Source: Antedon mediterranea (lineage: Eukaryota > Animalia > Echinodermata). From it: a stretch of 64,000 nucleotides of DNA. The notes under the pieces are model-generated. The model had not been told where the DNA came from. It saw nothing but the letters and a program-made list of their open reading frames with translations, and did not search any database. The stretch covers positions 3,472,001 through 3,536,000 of the forward strand of contig NC_092671.1 in assembly GCF_964355755.1 (NCBI RefSeq). The letters are read 5' to 3'. Both the position numbers and the translations under genes were made by a program. Position 1 is the first letter of the stretch; every line of letters starts with the position of its first letter. This document shows, piece after piece, positions 49,301-63,078 of this stretch.

Positions 49301-52300
49301 AGCTTTGGCCCTTGAGTTTAGCCAGTGAGTGATCATAGCCGTTTACACCATTGATATTAATTATTATGATTTAATAAGGACCTGTTTCTACTGAGCTAGA
49401 GAATATGGATTTAAATTCTGCTGTATTTTCATGCCTACAGAAACAGGTCCATGTAAAGATAACTGATTTTAAATATTTCAAAAACCCCAATTTATTCTGC
49501 TGATGTCAAATACTGGATTTAAAACATTTACCATGACAGCTTCAACATGATCTTATTATAAACCGGTTTCGAAGAAAACCATTCTTTTTTTTAATAGAAA
49601 CTGAGAAACGCATGGGAAAATGTTTTTTTTACTGCATAAACATAGGGAGATCACTTTGTCTTGAATATTATACCAAAAACTACCAAACCAAAGTGATGTC
49701 ATGTTTCACCGTTTATTTCAATGGTATTCAATTGCAGTATACAGAATATATTTAAAATTTTAATAAGAGAATTTCCGACATACATTAACTATAATTTCTG
49801 ACACTAGACAATCACTCGCGTTCGATTACCTCAGTACTAGCGTGTTAAAGTCTAAATTAACCGTAACCCCCAAGGGCTTCTCTAGCTAATTCAATACATA
49901 ATGAACTTGGTCATTAATAATTGTTATTCCAGTCTTAATATCACACTAGGTTATTAAGTATGATTGTATTGCAGGCCAATACTTATTACTATATTAATGG
50001 AAAATTGAATGCTAACAGTATGACCTTTGAACTAATGGTCATCTGTCTGTTATTATACAAAACTACTTTTTTGTGATCATTAAATGGAATAGAATTCAGT
50101 TTTTTCTAAATTGAAAATAATCTTTCAGTTTCATATCGAATACAAAACATTGATGTTATTTTTTTTATAAAAATAAGCATGTAGTTTGTGGTATCATGTG
50201 ATAGTTAGTTCTTAAAAGAACTGTTGAGTTTCTCAACGTTTCGATCAATATTATTTTATCATTCTGACTACTTAGAACGACGAAAGTATATTGATCGAAA
50301 TGTCAAGAAACTCAACAGTTTTTTTTCCAGAACTATATACAGTACGTGACGTACCGCAAACTTTACATCAACATTTGATTTTCGCCATGCAAACCTTCAA
50401 ACAATATAATAAACATGTACCTAACCTGGTTTTAATGTAGTAGGTTATTTATAATAAATTCACATTATTATTGATGAATCTGTTTTAGATCGAGGTACTG
50501 TATATCATTTTATACCTCCATGGTTTTACCTACAGTAAAACCAGATATTCCTTTTCATATACTTTGAGTTGTACTGTATGTACCACTGTATACATTTTAT
50601 GTAAACAGGAAGAAATCATGCACTTTTAGTAGCTTATTTATCAAAGAAAACAGCCTACTTTTAAAATAGAGCAGCTATTTATAGTATACAGGGTACATAA
50701 ATCTAATAAAATGTTGTTTTTCAGGTGGAATCTTGGTGCCCCTTACTTTCAGGAAGAGTGAAGGAACAGATAACAGAAGACAGACCAATCAATGAAAAGG
50801 TTTGCATATTATATTTACATTATTTCTTCCGCGAAAACATATTATTTTAATCAAATAAAATTATATTGATTAAATAAAAATCTTCTCCAGATCCATAAGA
50901 AGCTCATCTCATCAATGGTTAGATGTACTTTTTAAAATTATCTTTTGTTGATATCATATCATATAATTTTTTTTATTGTACAGTACAATACAAGAATAGT
51001 CTTAATTATATTTCACCTATTTTGCATTGCCATAGTAATGTCTTCGGAATAAATACTATAAACGCATTTGTATCGTACTAAACAATTTCATCATGTATAG
51101 TCGTTTGATATGTGGATATTGATTTTTTGCAATTGAAAATGCATAAAATATATCCCAGTTTAGTTCCTTTAAATTAAATGCATGCAAGAATTAAAATCAT
51201 GTGATATATGTCGTCATATTGACTGCTGATCACATTCTTCAATCAGTAATGTCTATGTATGATAAATAGTTTGCTTTTCAATATCACTATTTGCGATGCA
51301 AACCTTTATTAAAGAATAAAACAATTTTATAATAATTTTTTGATCTTTAATACATTTTTCAAATGTAAACATCTAATTAAGTATCTACTGTATGTATTGA
51401 GTTTAACAATAAAAGTGGCATAGTTGATTGGTGGTTAAATGCTTGCTTACCCATTCCAAGATGATAGTAGTAGATACCTAATTACCCCTTCCTTCCACCA
51501 AAAAAAAAAAAAAAAGGAAAAAAAAGCTATGAGCACTATACAATCTAAATCCTTTTGTTTTGGGTTAAGAAAAAAATTTGTTATACAGGTATATGAAATT
51601 AATGAAACTAAGACGCTACAACAGGAATGGAATTGGCATTTTAAAACTTGAGGCCTGTGTCTAGTCTCTCAAATTGTTCGTGTCATTACACCAGATGCTT
51701 CACTCTCATTGCCTACTGTATGTACACATCAGTGAGGTGTAATTGATAGCAACCTTTGCTCAACAGAAATGTTTTTATTTATTCGGTTACAAAAAAACAT
51801 ATATATACAAATCTGTATAATTTGAGACTTAGTTAGAGAGTGGAGTCAAAATATTCATGAGTTACAACCCTGGCACTAGGTTAGGATTGAACCCTAAACC
51901 TTGGAATTGAAAGGCAAGCATGTTTACCACCAGGCTACAACTTTATTTGAATAGTAACATTCAATTGACACAAGCCTTGTTTATTGCAATCATATTGCAT
52001 TTGAAATATATGGTTATCTAAACGTATTCAATGGGAAAGTCCCCAATTTAATATATGCAAACTGTTAAGAGTAATGTACAATCCTTAATATTAAGTTGTT
52101 TGATTGATTGATATGCTCTTCACCGACTGTTCATTACCCATAGAGGACCTCTCCAAATGTTCTTAGTTTGAGAACTAATACAAAGTTTCTTTGAAAATTT
52201 ACATAAAATAAAAAACCAATGATACATTTTTGTTTATGATGATTATTAACAGGCGGAGGTTCGTACGAATATTAACCCATTGATGTCATTGTTGTCCAAC

Positions 52301-55300
52301 TCCGAAAAATTTGAATGGATTCGTCAGCGTATCAGCAATATGTGGAAATCAAAATGGCTGCCAGCTGCCGAGGCCTTCAAAACGAAATTTGATAATCAGA
52401 CACGAATGCAAAAGAAGGTAATGTTATTTTGAAATGTGTATTTCCAAGGTTTGAATCCAGCGGTAGACAAAACACAAGTTTTGTAAGAAATTACCTTGCG
52501 TAAATCACGCCATGTTTGAAAATTGTTTAAAATATCTACTACTAATTACAAAAGGATAATTAATACTTGAATTTCAAATTTTGCCATAAAATATTTTTTT
52601 TTTAGCAGGCATTGTTGCTTTTTTCTTATTATTGATATTTATTATTAATATTATTCATAGTTTTCTGATATTGATTTTACAATAATACAGCCTTGGTTAT
52701 TAATAATGTAAAATGGTGTCTAATGCTGTTATTGATAAAATGATCACACTCACATTATTAAAGTGCTTTAGTGGAATAAGTGCTGTACAGTAGTTGAATA
52801 TGTGCTATAGTTAAATAAGTGCTATATAGTTAAATAAGTGCTGCAGTCAAATCATTTAGTATAGTTGAATAAGTACTACCGTATATTTCGGTGTATAAGT
52901 TGCACCCCCTAACTGAGAGGAAAATATCGGTATTTTTTATATTGTCGATGTATAAGACGCACCTTATATTTCATCAAAACAATGTTTTTTTTAAATTGTA
53001 ATCAATATTATTGTAATAATATATTTTGTTATATCTACAACGGCATCCTTTATTTAGGTTTTTTCTTACCTAGGCTCGGCCGCGCCCAGCCTCAACAAGT
53101 TGTTTTTAACTTGTTATTCATGAGTTTCGCACCCGCAACATCGAGTGCATGACCGTGTGTGTAACACGCACGTGTGTGGGCTAGCCTCGCTCGATCATTT
53201 CGAGAGGGCGCACGTTTTCACGGACAATCGTATTCGATTAGTATCTATGTATCCGAGAAGTGTGTACGCTAGGTCCATGCTATAATCACCCGGAGAATAT
53301 ACTAGTCGAATACCGTACAACATGTGGCCGCCAAGAAGGGCTTGCGCTGGGGGTACGGCGGTCGGCGATCGTGCGTATAACTATAAATAAATACTAGGCC
53401 TATTCCAATCGTAAACGTTTACAAATGAAATTTTATCGGAGCGCCTAAAAAACAGCTCCATAATAAACAAATCTTTTCATCATATTTAGTATAACATCAC
53501 GCTAAAATGCCTTGAAAACTAGGCAGAAGCAGGTTGCTTTTACGTTAGTACACTGTAGCTAGGCCTAGCTTACTCAGGCCTAGCCAACGAGGTGACGATA
53601 TGTACACTCTGTGTGGTGAGGCATTTATGTTCGGTGTATAAGACGCACCCTTAATTTAGAGGTCAAATTTGCGTGTCAAAAGTGCGACTTATACACCGAA
53701 ATATACGGTATAGGTAAATAAATGCTATAGTTCGAATTGTGCTGCAATTGAATAATAAAGTGCTGTTCTCAGAATAAGTGCTGTAGTTGAATAAATACTG
53801 TAATTGAATATTGCTGAAGTTGAATAATGCTGTTAGTTGAATAAGTGCTGATGTTGAATAAGTGCTACAGTTGAATAAGTGCTAAAGTTGAATAAGTAAT
53901 GTAGTTGAATAAGTGCTACAGTTGAATAAGTGCTCAAGTTGAATAAGTGTTGAAATTGAATAAGTGCTGAAGTTTAATAAGTGTTGTAGTTGAATATTAA
54001 TAGTTTACCTATGAAGTTCAATAAGTACAAATCATGTTGAATATAAGTATTGAGGGCTATGAAGATAAACAATGTTTGTATCAACTTCAGTATTTTATTG
54101 ATCCATAAAGTTTAAACTGCAGTAAAATATATATACAAACTGTATCTTTAATACAAATAAAAACATAAAATTCACTTTATTTATGAAATAATGTGAATTC
54201 TAAAATTTTATTTTCTTCAATAACTGACCTGGTAAAGTACGGCGAAGTTTATAGTACAAAAGTTTCTTTATAATAGAAAATTCCTTTCACAAAACTTTCA
54301 TGGATAATTGATTTTTTAGTTTAACTGAAATGCTTTATTTTGAATGAGTTTATTAATGTTAATAGGTCATGGTTATTTTAAACTTGTAACATGAGTACTT
54401 CACTTGACTTGTTAACAATATGCTATTCTATTTTAGGGAAAATTATTTTGTTTATTTAACTTTTTTAAATTATAGTTCAAAACCTCTCCTTTGGAACATC
54501 CCTTTTGAGGGACACTTTGTGAAAGACGAATAAGCGCTGTTTGGTGAAGAACTTGACACGAAGAGACCCTTTTAGGGAAGATGAAAGTTGTAAAAATCTT
54601 GTACACAGATCTTTGAGACAATTGGTACTAAAGCGCAATATAAATACAATATGCATTATCCGTTAAAACCCCTATAATTGGGACACTTTGTTGCGCTCGG
54701 AAGGTGTCCCCTTAATAGAGGTCTAACCATATTTCTTTACTTGTCAATTCACACTCAACAGCAAGGAGCCCACCACTTACAGAATGGAATAATAAAGCAA
54801 CACAGGACAACAAGCAAAACATCAACAAAAACAAAACATTATTAAAATCAAAAGGCAAATTTATGAAAAAACAGACAATGTTGTGGGTATCAGTGTATGA
54901 ATCTCAATGGAACAAAATTTAATAAGCAAAAACTAGATTAAAACGATAAAGTAAAACAGCTGGAAAGAAATTTCAGAGCTTTCAGGTAACACATACCCCT
55001 TGTGCAAGCAAGTGAGAGTATAGTACATTGCTGGCTGAGTGGACTGGAATAATGTATTTTTGACAAAGGAGGCATACAGTATTTAAGCTGGTGAATAGAG
55101 GGTGGAGAGAGTTTAAGGAGTAGAAAACAATGACGATAGCTTGGTAGATATAAACAATTTTGGAATGGACAATGAACAAGAACTAAACAACTCAAATGGT
55201 GGTTAATATGAATGCTGTTATATACAGAATCTTATTAGGATGCCGTATAGAATAATTTTACAGATCTGGCGGAAGATGTGTTCCTAAAAAAGTTGTTATG

Positions 55301-56386
55301 GTTTTAAGAAGTATAATAATAAAACGGTAACGTTTAAAAAAAGATATGTTAAACTTTGAAAGTAATGTTTTCTTTTTCTACCTCACCCTTAACTTTTTGA
55401 AACCAACTCCTGACATTTCTTTTAAAGAGTTTTACATTCTTTTACTTCTTGCTGGATTAAGTTTGTTATTAAAAGTTGACGTCTATATACAGAACTCATA
55501 GTTGAGCTGTGTTTTTTATGCTTTAATTAATATTTTAAAAGAACACATTTTTTATGTTGATTGTGAGTAGAATCAATTTCTCGAAAGCATCATATTAAAT
55601 TTTGTTAATGGCTGTTACAGGATTTCCTCTGTATCATGTTGGATTCCGTCAATGTATTTTAACCTAAGAATATGGTTCAATACACTTCCTTTTAGCACCG
55701 TGAACAAGTACACAACAAAAGCTGTTTGTAAACGACGCTGTTTTTAACATTTTCTGAACTTTAAATAAAAAATATCTAACAAATTGGTTATTTTATTGAT
55801 GCATTTAACAGTTTGCTATTATTGTGGTATGGGCAGCTGCCTATTCACTTACTTACTCTTGCTCAATCAAGACTACAATATACAGTTAGCTACTGATTTA
55901 TAAACCAACCCTATCTGCAAAAATCATCCATCCTATAGTTTTTACGGCAAAAAAATATAAATTTAAATTATGGTATAACAGTATTGCAAATTGTTATTTG
56001 GTTAAGGATGTATTGTTCCTGAAAAACAGGAAAATAAAAGAATAATAAATTCAGACTTTGAATAGGCGATATTATAGTTTTAATAAAGTTATTCACTTTA
56101 ATAGAAAAAAGTGCCCCCGATAATTTTACTTATAAATATTTATTTATATTTACAAATATTTTTTTTCAGGGGACAATATATCTAAATTTTAATTTATGAT
56201 GTTGGTATTTTTGCAGGTTCTTCTCCATTTAGGTTTGCTCACGAAGGAATCAGGCTTCAAAATAGCTGAAAATGCATTTCACGGTGGCCCCCTGGGTGAA
56301 TTGGTACAATGGGGAGATATCATTGCTTCCATGTACATACTAGGCCATGACATGACGATCTCTATCTCAACGCCTTCACTTAAAAG
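37310..56386 (+). CDS. MGAT5: Alpha-1,6-mannosylglycoprotein 6-beta-N-acetylglucosaminyltransferase (GnT-V), 5' part; continues beyond the window
   Basis: Coding exons 37310-37559, 37842-38135, 38522-38601, 48784-48873, 50725-50799, 52253-52417 and 56217-56386 join in phase. Type II TM anchor, then LRDEILEISQKYIQALA, DLKQTIATVLD, YPNCKGKL, WMKHMWKSDKCYALNGVDGSQCSF.YLSE, VESWCP and VLLHLGLLTKESGFKIAENAFHGGPLGELVQWGDII match GnT-V. Probable non-coding first exon ends at 36739 (gtaagt). Confidence 0.95.
38240..38406 (-). mobile_element. tRNA-derived SINE
   Basis: Minus strand begins ggagttttggctttgtggtta (A box) ... ggttcaaatcc (B box) then a non-tRNA body. Related tRNA-like heads at ~51830-51942 (-) and ~60955-61035 (+). 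Confidence 0.7.
41038..41646. mobile_element. Non-autonomous DNA transposon with TTAA target site (Kolobok-like)
   Basis: TTAA|agctcaggt ... acctggcct|TTAA with imperfect TIRs. Confidence 0.5.
41862..43242. mobile_element. hAT-like non-autonomous element, 1.38 kb
   Basis: Perfect 15-bp TIR CTGGGGCGGATCCAG; direct repeat CATACA on both sides (41856-41861, 43243-43248). Confidence 0.85.
44022..44207. mobile_element. Harbinger-like MITE (AGCTCTGTCTACACTATCAAAC family)
   Basis: Long imperfect TIRs (tgtctaca..tatcaaactttatgtgtcaaaaaaatgtgatg); other copies at ~21189-21301, ~25841-25989, 58228-58391 and ~58414-58500. Confidence 0.75.
47195..48730 (+). mobile_element. L2/CR1-type LINE 3' fragment interrupted by a MITE
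   Basis: KLQTAQNKTVRCILGL...MYHIINGLSP...HQYNTR...TAITSWNHLPKLIQ...FKRNIRKHLK resumes after 48503 as EVMLERL*, then a 3' UTR ending in aataaa and an A-rich tail. Confidence 0.8.
47583..48500. mobile_element. PIF/Harbinger-like MITE, 918 bp
   Basis: TIRs GG(C/G)CCCGTTTCTGCTGCCAA; 3-bp TSD AAA whose removal restores the LINE codons CTC AAA GAG; many subterminal ATACCGTA/TACGGTAT motifs. Confidence 0.85.
50183..50362. repeat. Long inverted repeat, probable tail-to-tail Penelope-like LTR remnant
   Basis: Arms of ~75 bp (agtttgtggta...aactgttgagtttct...tttcgatcaatat versus atattgatcgaaa...agaaactcaacagtt...taccgcaaact). Confidence 0.6.
52765..53997. repeat. ~18-bp minisatellite (gttgaataagtgct...) interrupted by a MITE
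   Basis: Units present on both sides of 52879-53708. Confidence 0.8.
52879..53708. mobile_element. Tc1/mariner-pogo (Tigger-like) MITE, 830 bp
   Basis: TA|CCGTATATTTCGGTGTATAAGT(T/C)GCAC 27-bp TIRs with TA TSD; extra subterminal gtataagacgcacc copies. Confidence 0.9.
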
Positions 56387-58227
56387 GTAAGTTCCATTAA
56401 TATTCATAAGCCCCTTTCACACAGAACCATAAAAAGGTAATTATTTAATAATTTATGAATACTGGCTTCTGTGTGAAAGGGCGCAAACCTCAGTTAAACA
56501 CTAGCTTCCATTACACCCCATCTGAACATATAGTAAAGTGTACCCAATCTAATTTTGCACCTTTCACCATGAGTGACCCCTCACGGGAAACAATGACATG
56601 ACCTCATTTTCATTACCTGTGTCTATGGGGGGTCTAGACTGGCAGTATTGCAGTACATACAATTATGTTCAGACAGGAATTGTTTTTAAGTCGTTGGCCA
56701 ACTATTAAAATTTGTTTCAATTTTCTGTTGATTTTGTGTTTTGCTTTTTATACCGTTTTTGAAATTAAATCTGAAATGGCCATAATCCAACAATTTTAGC
56801 ATGCTTTAATTTGGAACATTCTTGAGTAATTACAACAAGTACTATATCAAACCGCTTCTCTGAAATACGAATGCTAGTTTATTAAAGCATGAGGTTTAAC
56901 AAAATGTGAACTTATGTAGAATACTATATGGTTGACATTTTAAACGCGAGATAAAATTCTCTACAATTTTCTTCAATAACATACAATTTAATAAATCAGA
57001 AGTCTGTTTTAAAATGTATTATGACAGATATTTATTAGAAAATCTTCTATTACGGTTCTTCAAACTGTACCAGTTTAATAAGTCTGCATTTTTACTGTAT
57101 GATTTATATACAGCACTATTGCGACCGTCAAATTAGTATATGCTACTGTATTGTTCAAGTCGGGTGTTACTACAGTGTCAATACATTTATAAAGAGTCCA
57201 AAACAAGAGCTGCAAAAGCACTTGCACACACTGTGACACAGAAAATGGAACTTATAGTCCGACTGTCAACCTAAAACAAGAACATATAAGTAATTTATGT
57301 GCATTCATATGTTTCATTACCAGTTTATGAGACAATCGCATGAATCAGATAATAAACTCATTATTATAGATTATACCTTAACCTTTTCAAATACTATCTG
57401 TATTTAATACTGTATTTCTTCTGAAAAAACACACTTTATATTAAAATAATTTCTGTGATGTGATACAGAGAATAATAATTTAAATGTTATACTTACTATA
57501 AGGCATAAATTATGAGATACTCGATACTATATCTTCCCATATGTCCATGTTATTTTTGTTTAGTGTCATAGGCAAATTCAAATTCTACAATACGGTATCA
57601 CATGTGTATAACATGATGTCTGTATCATGAAAAAGTTTTTTTAAACATTAGGAATTAGGCCTGATACATGTGTCATGTGATACACACATGTGATGCTGTA
57701 TTGAAGAGAATTCCTAAGACAGACAAATTAAATACAACACTGAGGCTGCTTAAAATCGGGTCAGGTTTAGGAGTCAGACTATATAGCAAATTGATTACAG
57801 TCTGTAGGGTTTTTAAGTCTGCGAATGGTACAGTAATGTTATCCAAATGTTTTTAGATTTTTTATTATAGCACATTATTTTTGTTTGTTAGGGAAAAAAT
57901 GTAATCTTTAAAAAATGTATCCGTTAAGTAAAACGCAATTCTTATTGCAAGATTTAATAGTATGTTTTGCAATGCATGTCCTTGGTAATTATAAGAGAGA
58001 TTTTCTTCTTTCCCCTTGATAAATCCAACAATGTTCTATGTCCTTGTGAAGTTTTAATGTCTAATTAGGCAACATAATAGTGAGAAAAAGCTATAAATAG
58101 AAACTAAAAAAATCTATTTTTCATAGGAAAGATACATTATTGAGAATGATACGATCTATTTGATCTTAATTAAAATAATTAGTAAGAAAAAGCTATTAAA
58201 AAGTACATTATTCCACAGTGCTTATAA

Positions 58228-58391
58228 AGCTCTGTCTAGACACTATCAAACTTTATGTGACAAAACAATGTGATATGCCCATAATATGGACACGATAATG
58301 TCTTATTGTTTCCATAATTGGACATATCAGTACCATTTTTGGGTACATCACACTTTTTTTGTCAAAGTAGTTTGATAGTATAGACAGAGCT
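58228..58391. mobile_element. Harbinger-like MITE (same family as 44022-44207)
   Basis: agctctgtcta..cactatcaaact ... agtttgatagt.tagacagagct. Confidence 0.75.
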
Positions 58392-58508
58392 TATAGACTG
58401 TACTATACTTCAATGTCTACACTAGCAAACTTTATGTTGCCCGTATAACACTACCATATTTGGGCACATCACAATTTTTTGTTGAACTAGTTTGATACTT
58501 ACTGTACT

Positions 58509-58652
58509 GGGCATGATGATGGTATAACAAATATGATGTGACCATATATGGGCATGATGATGGTATAACAAATATGATGTGACCATATATGGGCATGATG
58601 ATGGTATAACAAATATGATGTGACCATATATGGGCATGATGATGGTATAACA
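58509..58652. repeat. 41-bp tandem repeat x3.5
   Basis: gggcatgatgatggtataacaaatatgatgtgaccatatat; period 41 (58511, 58552, 58593, 58634). Confidence 0.9.
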
Positions 58653-59031
58653 ATCTTAAGTAAAAAAAATTTATAGTTTATGTTATAGCCTATTCGAGCA
58701 TGGAATTATATTAATATACAGTATTATTTTAAATTTTTTGTCATAGATTCAAACTGTAATTTTCCAGCTTTATATCAAAAAATACTGTTAACATAAAAAC
58801 TAAACGAGAAAACTCTGTTAGAATGTATCAATTTATTTTCGAGAATTCATTCCAGGATGTAGTAAATTATGTAGGAAGACATATTAATAGAAATATTTTG
58901 TCAAACCTATAGGAAATGTCAAAGGTCGCATATAGAACCGTCACTTTACCACCATGATCAGTACACCAGTTCTGCCAAGATTGTTAAGCACATTTACTGT
59001 AGTAACAAAGGGTCCCCATAAATAGGGGTTT

Positions 59032-59930
59032 CCTCAATATTGGTTGGCTGTAGTGTTAAAACATATACTGGCCATGTTCGTGTCATGATAAAGTGTGCCC
59101 ATTAGGGATGCCCCTCAATATTGGTTGGCTGTAGTGTTAAAACATATACTGGCCATGTTCGTGTCATGATAAAGTGTGCCCATTAGGGATGCCCCTCAAT
59201 ATTGGTTGGCTGTAGTGTTAAAACATATACTGGCCATGTTCGTGTCATGATAAAGTGTGCCCATTAGGGATGCCCCTCAATATTGGTTGGCTGTAGTGTT
59301 AAAACATATACTGGCCATGTTCGTGTCATGATAAAGTGTGCCCATTAGGGATGCCCCTCAATATTGGTTGGCTGTAGTGTTAAAACATATACTGGCCATG
59401 TTTGTGTCATGATAAAGTGTGCCCATTAGGGATGCCCCTCAATATTGGTTGGCTGTAGTGTTAAAACATATACTGGCCATGTTCGTGTCATGATAAAGTG
59501 TGCCCATTAGGGATGCCCCTCAATATTGGTTGGCTGTAGTGTTAAAACATATACTGGCCATGTTCGTGTCATGATAAAGTGTGCCCATTAGGGATGCCCC
59601 TCAATATTGGTTGGCTGTAGTGTTAAAACATATACTGGCCATGTTCGTGTCATGATAAAGTGTGCCCATTAGGGATGCCCCTCAATATTGGTTGGCTGTA
59701 GTGTTAAAACATATACTGGCCATGTTCCTGTCATGATAAAGTGTGCCCATTAGGGATGCCCCTCAATATTGGTTGGCTGTAGTGTTAAAACATATACTGG
59801 CCATGTTCCTGTCATGATAAAGTGTGCCCATTAGGGATGCCCCTCAATATTGGTTGGCTGTAGTGTTAAAACATATACTGGCCATGTTCCTGTCATGATA
59901 AAGTGTGCCCATTAGGGATGCCCCTCAATA
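59032..59930. repeat. 81-bp minisatellite x11, near-identical units
   Basis: cctcaatattggttggctgtagtgttaaaacatatactggccatgttcgtgtcatgataaagtgtgcccattagggatgcc repeated head-to-tail without spacers. Confidence 0.97.
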
Positions 59931-60872
59931 AGGGTTGTAGATTTAAAACATATATTGGCCTTGTTTGTTTCATGAGAAAGTTTTCCTTTAATAGGGGTGT
60001 CCCCTGAATAGGGGTGTCCTAAAGGAGGGATTATACTGATGTATACATGACCAAAGACTTCATGTCTCATCCAAGGGATGAGTAAAGATGAGGAAAACAA
60101 GATGATATGTTTATTTATAGTTTACTATTTATTTATTTTACTACTTTGTTAAACTTTTTCCTTCCCATACACCAGTCTGATTCTTTGCCGTTGTTCCTTC
60201 ATTTTCTATGTATCTATATTTTCAAATTTCAAACCAAACTATTTTCATAAATTAATTCACTCCGCATCAAACAGTATTTCTATCTCCAGAGAGATTGTCG
60301 ATGAATTTTGACCGAAACATCGAGATATTCTCAGCTTTTTATTGCTCTAACATGTGATGTGTATACCGCATGGATTTCTTTAATATCCACTATATAATTT
60401 ATCACAGTTGTGCCTATAAATATTTAAATGTTTATATATCTCTAAAGACAAACTACTTTTCAAGCAATATTCTTTTATGATTTTATGACATAGTAATTAA
60501 AACTCGGATATGATTTATTTTAAATAGCCATTTTGTGGCAACAAAATGATTTCCCTTGTCCTTTACTCAATTTGATCGTCATGATTTTTCTTGGAAAAAA
60601 CAGTTTGGTAGATTATGCGAAGAAAGAAACCAAGCTCACGTGTCATGAATCATTACAGTGTTTAAATCACTGATCTTCCCATAAGCATCGATCCTTTATT
60701 ATACAGAATTTGGTTTAATACTGAATAAATGCTTTGAGAATCACTTACACTGTATCTATACAGTATAAACACATTTTAAATGTTTTTAAAAAGCATTATG
60801 AATACAATTATCACCGTAAAGGACAAATATAACTTGAATTTATCACCTTAAACAAACAATAATATTATAATA

Positions 60873-61256
60873 CAGCAGAACCTCTATTAAAGGGACACTT
60901 TTGAGACCCAACAAAATGTCTCCTGAAGAGAGGTTGGCCTTGTGTTATTAGTAGTGGAGCTGTACAGTAGCTTGGTGGTTAGAATGTTTGCCTTCCATTC
61001 CCAAGGTTTGGGGTTCCATGTTCAATCCTGAACTATCGCTATAGTGTTGTAACTAATAATTTTTTCAACTCCCCTTCCTAAGCCTTAAATGAGACTTGGT
61101 GTATAAGCATGATATATCCATCCTGTAATTGGCGAGTTGCTCGTTGTTGGATGCGTATGAAATGAATAAATATAATTCCTTCATTCATTTTATGTGCATA
61201 TGTCCCCTTAATAGGACTCAGCTGAATATAGGAGTCCAAACGGAGATGTTCTACTG
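60873..61256. mobile_element. pogo-like MITE (CAGTAGAACC family) with a nested SINE head
   Basis: TA|cagcagaacctct ... agatgttctactg|TA; tRNA-like tagcttggtggttagaatgtttgccttcca...gttcaatcc inside. Confidence 0.65.
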
Positions 61257-62794
61257 TATATAACTGCTGCAAGACAGAATGTGCCAACCTGTTTCGGCTT
61301 ATTTTTACTGCCATTTAAAAACCAGTTATTAAATATTGTTCCAATTTTTGCTCCCATGAAATTGGAGTTAATTTATTCACACGGTTCTTAACTAGTTAGT
61401 TTTTCGCAGCAGAAACAGAACTATTGTCTTGATAAAGTGGTAAAGTATACTGTTCTGCAAACATCTGGCCAGTGAAGTCATTTAATCTGTTTAGCATTGT
61501 ATTGTCGTTATACAATATCTATAATCCTAGACAAAATATACAAGCTGAAAATTAATTTAAATTATTTATACAGAATTTGTATTAAATTATTAATAAATAA
61601 ATTATGCATGACGTTGTTTTCTATTGAGCTGCTGATAATACATTCTAATAATTGAATGGCAAATCAACATGTACAGGTAGGATAAGTTGATCAATTGAGC
61701 AGGTATATACCTGCATCAATAAGGTAATTCAAAATTGTTTGTTTTAACATAATAATAGGTTTGTATTATTAAGAAATTATTGCACCAAATCCAGAAAGTA
61801 TTTTTTCAGGAATTATAATAAAATATATTAACATATTAATATATCACTGTAGAAAAGTGAATGAAGTTTGACGATTTTGATCAATTAGATTTATGCAGCA
61901 ATACAGGTACATGCATTAATAATAAGAACAAATGTACTTGTTTAATTTATTTATTTATTTATAATAAATTATTTGACTGTATACAGTAGTAGGTTATTAA
62001 ACCACAAAGTATTTTAACTCATTCCAAGAATTATTAATATGTTATAATAAATTACTTTTTAAAATAGAGAAAATTGAAAAAAATAGTACTCAGCCAACAT
62101 TAAACAACAAATAGTCATTTATTTTATCATGGAGGATCAGATAAGAAAGTCATAAAATATAAATGATGGTTGTAAAAACATTAACTTAATTATCATAGAT
62201 TGCGAGAGAGTATTACTTTAATTGGACTTAGTGTGAATTGATTGAGTCTTTGCAAAGATTTTGACGTGACGAATGTCTTGTATACCCAATTACAATGTAT
62301 TGATCAGCATAATGTGTGTTTCTTTATACAGAATTCGTGTTGTGAATATTAGATTATTGTCTTGAAAGCCTTTTAATATGAATTTAATCGTGAAAATAAA
62401 ACTACTAAAGAAATTTAGGAAGTGTGAGAATAAATTAAACTACATTTTTCAACAATTATCAGGGTTTAAATTCCGTTTTGGGGATTTAGAGGCAATCACT
62501 TTTATTTTTGTTTCTATCTGTATTTGTTAACTTGGAATAGTATCGAAATAAATCAAATCAAATTATAATAATATTTATTTGATGCATTTGAATGAATCAT
62601 CACCAGAAGTATGTGGGAATACAGAAGTCTAAAACAACTAGATGCCCAATCATAACGCAACAATTTGTCCTTCAGGTGAAAGATTAAAATTATTGTATTT
62701 ATACAATAATTATCTGATTTGAATGTTGATAAGTAAATTTTTCTCGAGTTGAATCGGTTAAAGCCTCTTTTTACAGGCACAGTTTATAGGTTAA

Positions 62795-63078
62795 AGATGT
62801 ATTGTACCCCTGAAAAATAATTGTTAACATTTTTGTTGTTGAATATGCCATTTTAATGTGGTCACATAATGAATTAATAGAAAAATTGTATTTATTGACC
62901 TAAAATAACTTTAATGATATGCCATTCAATGGATTTGTGGTTGAATTTAACCATTTATCACTGTATTTTTGTGTGTTTTTTTTCTACGGAAGTGATTAGC
63001 TTTATTACTAAAACTACAAAATTCAAAGTCTGATTTAATTAATCTTCATTTTTCATATTTTTGAAGGACAATACATCT
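62795..63078. mobile_element. MITE with TTAA target site (Kolobok-like)
   Basis: TTAA|agatgtattgt ... acaatacatct|TTAA; related ends at ~30210-30226, ~45537 and ~46931. Confidence 0.7.

Noticed and set aside
59032-59930. CRISPR-like regular array
   Set aside because: Units are contiguous and nearly identical with no unique spacers, there are no cas genes, and the context is a eukaryotic intron.
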